From the NCBI GenBank assembly GCA_040220235.1, contig JAVJTO010000141.1: a stretch of DNA of 26,210 bases; one strand, given 5' to 3'. Origin of the DNA: Coleofasciculus sp. B1-GNL1-01. Its GTDB lineage: Bacteria; Cyanobacteriota; Cyanobacteriia; Cyanobacteriales; Coleofasciculaceae. Made by a program: the position numbers and the translations under genes. How positions within the stretch are numbered: the first letter of the stretch is position 1; every line of letters starts with the position of its first letter. Below, one piece after another: positions 19,082 to 26,210 of the stretch. Under the pieces are notes generated by a model that saw nothing but the letters and a program-made list of their open reading frames with translations, had not been told where the DNA came from and ran no database searches.

Positions 19082-19381
19082 AATATACCTCTTTGGTACT
19101 ATTTGTTGATAAACTTGATGCCAATAACATCCAATTTTCTTTTTCTTTAATTATCCTTAGTTTGTGGGAAAAGCCTTTTGAACTTATTCTCCACAGAGCG
19201 TTGTTCCAAATCAAGTCTCAGTTATTTATGTTTTTCAATCGGGGTTAAACAATGCCCTCATGAGAGCTAATTAGATTGACTTGACTCTAAGACAGCTACC
19301 GATATAAATTCAAGTTTTTTTTATATAACTTAATGTTTTGTGATTTAAGCTTACAATCCATGCCTGAAGAAAATCACAAAC

Positions 19382-19397
19382 TGTAAAATTGGTTACA
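19382..19397. promoter_or_regulatory. Putative NtcA-binding site
   Basis: TGTA-AAATTGGT-TACA matches TGTA-N8-TACA in the divergent radical SAM/nurA intergenic region. No -10 hexamer lies at the canonical ~22-nt distance. Confidence 0.4.
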
Positions 19398-19517
19398 ATG
19401 ATTCCTAAGTAAGTCGAAGGTTTGCTTCGTTTAAGCAATAGTTCTAATTATTACTACTGAAATCGTTAAATAAAGATAACATAAATATACATATCCGGCA
19501 TCGGGTACTATAATTCA

Positions 19518-20711
19518 ATGCTCGATCTCACGAAACTCGCGAAACAAATCCCTGGAATTAGCCAGCATCTGAAAGGGGAGGCGCTGGCAAGTCGCCAGCG
19601 CTGGGAACTGGCGCAAAAGCTGATGCTGGAGGCTAATACCCGACAAAGTGAGTTAATTCAATCCCAACAGCAATGGCGCGATCGCATAATCTTCACGGCG
19701 GCTGTTCCGGTTGAATCCCTGGATACCAGCCTTGATCTGGATTCCCCGCCCGAAAGCCACACGATTTTCGCCACCGATGGGTCTCAAATTTCTCCCTCCC
19801 ATCACGAAATCGCCTATTGTTATTTAATTAACGTGGGTCGGGTGATGCTGCACTATGGACAAAGTTTACACCCACTCTTGGATAGCTTACCCGAAGTCTT
19901 TTACCGACCCGAAGATTTATACATATCTCGCCAATGGGGGATTCGTACCGAAGAATGGATGGGATATTGTCGCACTGTGTCTGAGGTGTCGATATTGGCA
20001 GAAATGGCGTGTCGCTGGGTCAATCCGCCCGGTTCTCACTTTGATATTCCCAATCTGGCGATGGTGGATGGATCACTGATTTACTGGTTTCTGGAGTCCT
20101 TACCCACAGAAGCCCGCGATCGCATCCTACCCCCGATTCTAGCGGCTTGGGATCAGTTGCGATCGGTGAATGTACCACTGATGGGCTATTTGAGCGCATC
20201 TCGCAGCAACGAAGCCCTGCATTTTCTCCGCTTACAAGCCTGTCCTTATGACACCCCAAACTGTCTCAGCCATTGCGCCTCTGTTACCGATAAATTGCCT
20301 TGTCAGGTTGTTGAACCCTTACGTGATACGATGCTCTGGTCGAGTTTACTGCAACCCGGACAACGTAGTCCTTTATTTCGCAGTTCAGTGCGAATTTTAG
20401 ATCTATACGATCATCACCGGATTTACTTCTGCTATGTTCACGTTGGTACAGAAATTGCCCGCGTCGAGGTTCCAGAATGGGTAGCACAGGATACTATGTT
20501 ATTCAATCAAGCCCTAAGTTTAATGCTGGCACAGGTTTACAAAGGCTATGGCTATCCCATTGCTATAGCAGAAGCCCATAATCAGGCTGTCGTTCGAGGC
20601 GGCGATCGCGCCCGCTTTTTTACCCTATTAGAACAGCAGATGATTCGCGCTGGGTTACGAAATGTGGGAACATCCTACAAAGAAGCCCGTAAGCGTGGCA
20701 GTATTTCTTAA
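19518..20711 (+). CDS. nurA: NurA-domain nuclease
   Basis: ATDGS and MVDGSL acidic motifs, EIARVE, GYPIAIAEAH; typical cyanobacterial NurA-domain protein. Confidence 0.85.
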   Translation: MLDLTKLAKQIPGISQHLKGEALASRQRWELAQKLMLEANTRQSELIQSQQQWRDRIIFTAAVPVESLDTSLDLDSPPESHTIFATDGSQISPSHHEIAYCYLINVGRVMLHYGQSLHPLLDSLPEVFYRPEDLYISRQWGIRTEEWMGYCRTVSEVSILAEMACRWVNPPGSHFDIPNLAMVDGSLIYWFLESLPTEARDRILPPILAAWDQLRSVNVPLMGYLSASRSNEALHFLRLQACPYDTPNCLSHCASVTDKLPCQVVEPLRDTMLWSSLLQPGQRSPLFRSSVRILDLYDHHRIYFCYVHVGTEIARVEVPEWVAQDTMLFNQALSLMLAQVYKGYGYPIAIAEAHNQAVVRGGDRARFFTLLEQQMIRAGLRNVGTSYKEARKRGSIS

Positions 20712-20770
20712 AAAGGGAGGGAGAGAATAGTTTTGACCCTTCACTTTGTTCAAGGAAACCTGGCGCGTGT

Positions 20771-20846
20771 GTGGGGGCGGGTTTCACTATTATCTTTTGA
20801 AATGGTGCGTTAGCGAAGCGTAACGAACCCTACACCCGCCCCGATC
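20771..20846 (+). repeat. REPIN-like element copy 4, with a different REP (20804-20833) nested inside
   Basis: GTGGGGGCGGGTTTCACTATTATC...[GGTGCGTTAGCGAAGCGTAACGAACCCTAC]ACCCGCCCCGATC. Confidence 0.75.
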
Positions 20847-20862
20847 AAGTGTTAAGAACAAG

Positions 20863-20890
20863 AATGACAAATGACCAATGACCAATAACA
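20863..20890. repeat. 7-bp STRR (AATGACM, about 4 units)
   Basis: aatgaca aatgacc aatgacc aataaca. Confidence 0.75.
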
Positions 20891-20910
20891 ATTAAAGGAA
20901 CTATAAAACT

Positions 20911-21522
20911 ATGGTTAGCTTAGTCCGAATGTTGTCTACCCAAGATACAATTCTTAAACAAGAACCTATTCAATCCAGTTTACTGCCAAGCTATAAACTT
21001 CAGCCGATTCCGGCTAGCACATTATTAGTTCTACAATCCTACACGCCCCCAGATTTGACCCGACATATTCGGGTCAGTTTCCAGGATATTGGATTTCAGG
21101 GTAGAAATTTAAATTGGTATGCGTTTATTGATCATATTCAAATCACCAAAGAACCCCTGAGACCAACAGAAACGGTGGCACAGATGCTCTCGAAGCAAAT
21201 AGAAAAAGATGTTGTCAAAATGATGGTTTACCGACAAAGTTTGCCACCTGAAGGGGGATTACTCAAAATTGTATTTAACGTGGATACTGTCATTAAGCGT
21301 GCCCCTGTTCAATCGATGTATCTCAGTCCCAATGCTCTGCAACCCATTCCCGCAGGTACTGAACTGGTGCTATTAACCAATAAACCTGATGCCTATAATA
21401 TGGTATCGTTGCCAATTGAAGATTCTCACCTAAAATTTACCCTAAAGGACGTTGAATTTAAAGGTTTCAATCAAGATTGGTATGCCTTTGTCAAACATGT
21501 TGGGTTGCAATTAGTGGGTTAA
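20911..21522 (+). CDS. Hypothetical protein built from two copies of a ~75-aa domain
   Basis: DTILKQEPIQSS..LQPIPA.T.LVL..H....F.G....WYAF..H occurs twice; AAGGA upstream. Confidence 0.85.
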   Translation: MVSLVRMLSTQDTILKQEPIQSSLLPSYKLQPIPASTLLVLQSYTPPDLTRHIRVSFQDIGFQGRNLNWYAFIDHIQITKEPLRPTETVAQMLSKQIEKDVVKMMVYRQSLPPEGGLLKIVFNVDTVIKRAPVQSMYLSPNALQPIPAGTELVLLTNKPDAYNMVSLPIEDSHLKFTLKDVEFKGFNQDWYAFVKHVGLQLVG

Positions 21523-21595
21523 TTTTGGACAATAACCCAGGTGGAGACGTTTATTTTATATGATGTCCCGCAAATCACCCATAATAAATAAAAAT

Positions 21596-21622
21596 GTACG
21601 GGCTTGGTTACCAAGCCCCTAC
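21596..21622 (-). repeat. GTAG-type REP-like hairpin between convergent genes
   Basis: Minus strand GTAGGGGCTTGGTAACCAAGCCCGTAC. Confidence 0.8.
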
Positions 21623-21661
21623 TCCCCCTCACTTTGGTATAAGACCAATGACCAATGACGA

Positions 21662-22312
21662 CTAAACCTTACTACTTTCAATCGCCCAACGCGCTAATTC
21701 GGTACGGTTATGCAATCCGGTTTTGCCCAGCATATTAGACACATGGCTTTCAATTGTGCGTTGGCTAACATTAAGTTCCTGGGCAATTTCCCGATTTGCC
21801 AACCCGCGTGCAACAAACTGTACCACCTTCAGTTCGGTTGGTGTCAATTCCACATTAGCGGGAACCTGAATGTTAGATGGCGTCTCTCCTCCAGGTGTTT
21901 GAGGGCGAGTTGTTAAGCGGCTAGCCTGTCTCAGGGATGATTCAACTTGGGCGACTAATTCTTCTGGCTCAAAGGGTTTGACCATGTAAACATCAGCACC
22001 GGTGTTGAGTCCCTTCACCCGATCATTGCTCTGTCCTTTGGCAGAGAGAAATAGGACAGGAACCCAGTTCATGCGCGGATCTTGCCGAACATACTCAACC
22101 AGAGCATAGCCATCCATCTCTGGCATCATTACATCACAAATAATCATGTCAGGAATGTCTTGAGCGAGAACGTCCAACGCCTCTCGACCATTTTCTGCTG
22201 TGATCACGTCATACCCGCGAAACTCTAGGTAGTCCTTAACGAGCAAAATCAGATTAGGGTCATCGTCAATCAGCAGCAGTCGCTTGTTAGTTCTGACACC
22301 GTTGTCTTTCAT
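21662..22312 (-). CDS. Two-component response regulator, NarL/LuxR family
   Basis: REC domain (LIDDD, CDVMMP, KPF) plus LuxR HTH (LTPTELKV...NREIAQELNVSQRTIESHVSN). Confidence 0.95.
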   Translation of the reverse strand: MKDNGVRTNKRLLLIDDDPNLILLVKDYLEFRGYDVITAENGREALDVLAQDIPDMIICDVMMPEMDGYALVEYVRQDPRMNWVPVLFLSAKGQSNDRVKGLNTGADVYMVKPFEPEELVAQVESSLRQASRLTTRPQTPGGETPSNIQVPANVELTPTELKVVQFVARGLANREIAQELNVSQRTIESHVSNMLGKTGLHNRTELARWAIESSKV

Positions 22313-22591
22313 ACTTTGATACTGGTCATTCGGAAGGTTAGGTGGATAGAGTGAAAATTTCGTTGTTCTGGTTCCACGCCTGCTACCCGGACATTATTGA
22401 GCGGCTACAACTGATCAGGTGTAAGGGTACTTGCTGAGTCCGAGGATTAGCTGTCAATGTTATAGCCTATGTTAGTCTAGCGAACCCGAAAACTAAATAG
22501 GCAAGAACTCATACACTGTGGCAAAAAAAGCAACAGCTTCCCCGTTTCCCCGCCTGAGAACGAACTGCTCAAGTATTTGCGCCATGCTGCG

Positions 22592-23128
22592 CTAGTCTTT
22601 CCAGAAGCGCTGGACAATCTTGCTCCAAAGGCTTTTCGGTTGATCTACACTGGCAACTTTTTCAGGAGTTATCTGCGGTTGGGATTTACGGTTCGCTCTT
22701 TTAGCTTCTGCTGCGTCGGAGATAGGAGATCGATCGCTTTCTGGGAGAGGATGAACCAAAAAAGCATAGTCTTCCACAATCTTATTGCCAATGAGATGCT
22801 CTTGAATAATGCGTTCGATCACCTCTGGCGTTGCGTTACGATACCAAACACCATCCGGGTAAACCACCAGAATTGGACCACTGGCACAGACGCGCAGACA
22901 GTTAGCTTTGGTGCGGAAGATGCAGCTTGGTCGCTCCTGAGTGGGTTGATCCAGCTTAAGCTGTTTCAGGCGGGTTTTTAAGTAATCCCAGGAATCAAGA
23001 CCCGCTTGTTTAGAGCAGCACTTCGGTTTAGTCTGGTCAGCGCATAGCAAAACATGGCGTTGAATTTGATTCAGTCCCAGGCTATGCACATTTTTTTCCA
23101 ACAGCGTTTTGTCTGAGGCTTTATTCAT
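22592..23128 (-). CDS. Thioredoxin-like [2Fe-2S] ferredoxin with a C-terminal extension
   Basis: [14 protein letters not shown]...[25 protein letters not shown]. Confidence 0.88.
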   Translation of the reverse strand: MNKASDKTLLEKNVHSLGLNQIQRHVLLCADQTKPKCCSKQAGLDSWDYLKTRLKQLKLDQPTQERPSCIFRTKANCLRVCASGPILVVYPDGVWYRNATPEVIERIIQEHLIGNKIVEDYAFLVHPLPESDRSPISDAAEAKRANRKSQPQITPEKVASVDQPKSLWSKIVQRFWKD

Positions 23129-23217
23129 ATTTATCGTTTTAACCCACTAAACGTTCCCACTATCCTGTAGAGTAGCGCTTCACTAACCGTCTTGAGTGTC
23201 CCAGACATGCTATGGCA

Positions 23218-23242
23218 CAGACGTAGCATGCTACGTCTCTAC
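23218..23242 (-). repeat. GTAG-type REP-like palindrome, same family as 7560-7587
   Basis: Minus strand GTAGAGACGTAGCATGCTACGTCTG. Confidence 0.85.
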
Positions 23243-23320
23243 TCCCCCAGCTTCCCCAGCTTCCCCAGCTTCCCCAGCTTCCCCAGCTCCCCCAGCTTCC
23301 CCAGCTCCCCCAGCTCCCCC
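23243..23320. repeat. 9-bp tandem repeat (TYCCCCAGC), about 8.5 units
   Basis: Directly visible; reverse complement of the array at 5889-5930. Confidence 0.95.
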
Positions 23321-23350
23321 AACACCCCACACCCAAACCCCCATCCTTTA

Positions 23351-23366
23351 GTTCGGGAACCCGTAC
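23351..23366 (+). promoter_or_regulatory. K-box element of the cyanobacterial groESL promoter
   Basis: GTTCGG-GAAC-CCGTAC matches GTTCGG-NNAN-CCNNAC, upstream of CIRCE. Confidence 0.85.
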
Positions 23367-23377
23367 TCGGAAATTGA

Positions 23378-23407
23378 TTGCAGTTTCATGCCTAAGTTGA
23401 GTAAATT
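23378..23407 (+). promoter_or_regulatory. Putative sigma70-type groESL promoter (-35 TTGCAG, -10 TAAATT)
   Basis: 18-bp spacer; the -10 overlaps the left arm of CIRCE. Confidence 0.6.
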
Positions 23408-23432
23408 AGCACTCAGAAGCAGAGAGTGCTAA
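23406..23432 (+). promoter_or_regulatory. CIRCE element (HrcA operator)
   Basis: Perfect TTAGCACTC-N9-GAGTGCTAA. Confidence 0.97.
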
Positions 23433-23490
23433 TCACTCGACAGCAGAAAGTGCAAAGTGAGACTAAACTACTAGATTAGGAGGGAATTCA

Positions 23491-23802
23491 ATGGCAGCCG
23501 TATCTCTGAGTGTTTCTACAGTCAAGCCATTAGGCGATCGCGTTTTTGTCAAGGTCAGTGCCGCTGAAGAAAAAACGGCAGGTGGCATTTTGTTACCTGA
23601 CAACGCCAAAGAGAAGCCTCAAGTTGGGGAAATTGTCGCCACCGGTCCTGGCAAGCGCAACGATGATGGCTCTCGCTCGGAACTGGAAGTCAAAATTGGC
23701 GATAAAGTTCTCTACTCCAAGTATGCCGGTACTGATATCAAGCTAGGCAACGAAGAGTATGTTCTGCTTTCAGAAAAAGACATCCTCGCTGTCGTTTCCT
23801 AG
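23491..23802 (+). CDS. groES: Co-chaperonin GroES
   Basis: [31 protein letters not shown]. Confidence 0.99.
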   Translation: MAAVSLSVSTVKPLGDRVFVKVSAAEEKTAGGILLPDNAKEKPQVGEIVATGPGKRNDDGSRSELEVKIGDKVLYSKYAGTDIKLGNEEYVLLSEKDILAVVS

Positions 23803-23818
23803 TCGTGATCGCTAAACG

Positions 23819-23859
23819 TTCAGGAGTATACAAGCCAGTTCTCTGGCAACTCTCCTGAA
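23819..23859 (+). other. Stem-loop in the groES-groEL spacer
   Basis: TTCAGGAG...GCCAG TTCT CTGGC...CTCCTGAA nested inverted repeat with no U-tract. Confidence 0.6.
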
Positions 23860-23883
23860 TGATGAACTCATAACAATTAGTAA

Positions 23884-25560
<1,677 letters not shown>

Positions 25561-25590
25561 TCGCTGATGGTGTAGGGGCGATTTATAAAT

Positions 25591-25788
25591 CATTGGTGTC
25601 AACTTAAGGCTGAAACTTAATTAGAGATCCCCCTTCCGTTCCCCTTTTTAAGGGGGAGACCAAAGGTTGCTCCGCTTTTTTTTGCACGGGGGAACCAGAA
25701 ATTAATCAAAGTCCCCCTTTTGAAGGGGGATTTAGGGGGATCTAAACTTTGAGCGCTAGTTATACAAAGTCTTAAGTTGACACGGATG
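25591..25788. mobile_element. 198-bp MITE with 18-bp TIRs and a 9-bp TSD, inserted into a REP hairpin (25572-25806)
   Basis: TIRs CATTGGTGTCAACTTAAG / CTTAAGTTGACACGGATG (16/18 match); flanking TTTATAAAT (25582-25590) / TTCATAAAT (25789-25797). Confidence 0.85.
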
Positions 25789-25829
25789 TTCATAAATTGC
25801 CCTTACGCCCGATTGGATTGTACCCGATT

Positions 25830-25861
25830 AAGCTGTCTCTTCTTAGACGAGACAGCTTTTT
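25830..25861 (+). terminator. Rho-independent terminator of groESL
   Basis: AAGCTGTCTC-loop-GAGACAGCTT followed by a T-run. Confidence 0.75.
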
Positions 25862-25927
25862 AAGTTATTCAAGGGCAAAAATTATGAAAATGAAGGATGT
25901 CAAACTTTCAGTTGGTCGGAATTTAAA

Positions 25928-25952
25928 GTAGTGCGAGCATCTTGCTCGCTAC
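25928..25952 (+). repeat. GTAG-type REP-like hairpin
   Basis: GTAGT GCGAGCA TCT TGCTCGC TAC. Confidence 0.8.
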
Positions 25953-26001
25953 CTATACTGAATGAAATACAGCAGTTTGCTCTGCTATGCGGTACATTGT
26001 C

Positions 26002-26043
26002 GATCCCCCTAAATCCCCGTGCAATAAAAGCGAAGCATCCTTT
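26002..26043. repeat. Partial inverted copy of the repeat inside the MITE
   Basis: GATCCCCCTAAATCCCC is the reverse complement of 25726-25742; TCCCCGTGCAATAAAAGCGAAGCATCCTTT approximates the reverse complement of 25662-25692. Confidence 0.7.
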
Positions 26044-26067
26044 CGCTTCGCGATCGCAAGAGCTACT

Positions 26068-26210
26068 TAGGGGCTGCTGAATAAGTCTTGTGGTGGGGAG
26101 AGGCAATAGGGAATAGGCTTTCTTGCAATGGTTTTAACCCTCTGTCGAGGTAAAATTTGGTGCTGTTGTCGGCGAAAATTCCAGGATGCAAGACGGTTAT
26201 AGTGTAAAAA
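26068..26210. mobile_element. Possible left end of another MITE/IS of the TAGGGCTTGCTG class, running off the window
   Basis: TAGGGGCTGCTGAATAAG matches the reverse complement of the end at 123-140 (TAGGGCTTGCTGCACAAG) at 14/18 positions. Confidence 0.45.

Noticed and set aside
19240..19303. Possible c-di-GMP (GEMM) riboswitch or RiPP precursor upstream of the radical SAM gene
   Set aside because: Only fragments (CTAAGACAGCTACCG) resemble the motif, and the GCAAA/GNRA stems are missing. No convincing small ORF with an RBS was seen.
21662..22312. Naming the regulator Rre1/Ycf29
   Set aside because: It has the same REC-LuxR architecture, but the sequence differs from the Ycf29 signature as I recall it; left unnamed.
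23192..23377. 61-aa ORF with PSF/PSS repeats
   Set aside because: Translation of a REP and the 9-bp array within the groESL promoter region.

Overview
Chromosomal window from a filamentous cyanobacterium. Evidence: about 19 HIP1 GCGATCGC octamers counted by eye, 7- and 9-bp short tandem repeats, fraH and hpsJ-type genes, and a K-box plus CIRCE at groESL. An Oscillatoriales/Coleofasciculus-like host is an inference. Left (minus strand): pgl, fraH, an FHA protein, a small coiled-coil/TM protein, two tandem paralogous bacterial dynamin-like GTPases (Nostoc BDLP type) and a membrane protein. The four-gene dynamin cassette is bracketed by two same-orientation copies of a ~140-bp MITE-like segment, and each of its three internal spacers holds a ~64-bp GTAG-REP doublet. 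Middle: hpsJ-like gene and a GT2, plsX-fabH, a dacB-type peptidase, a HAD hydrolase, and an AT-rich HIP1-free three-gene insert (FkbM methyltransferase, GT4, radical SAM with a Twitch/SPASM-type tail). Right: nurA-domain nuclease, a two-repeat hypothetical, a LuxR response regulator, a thioredoxin-like 2Fe-2S ferredoxin and groES-groEL. Downstream of groEL is a three-layer nested element: a REP hairpin split by an 18-bp-TIR MITE with a 9-bp TSD, itself carrying another repeat. The best candidates for an undescribed system are the FraH/FHA-linked dynamin-pair membrane-remodelling cassette and the radical-SAM glycan-tailoring island.
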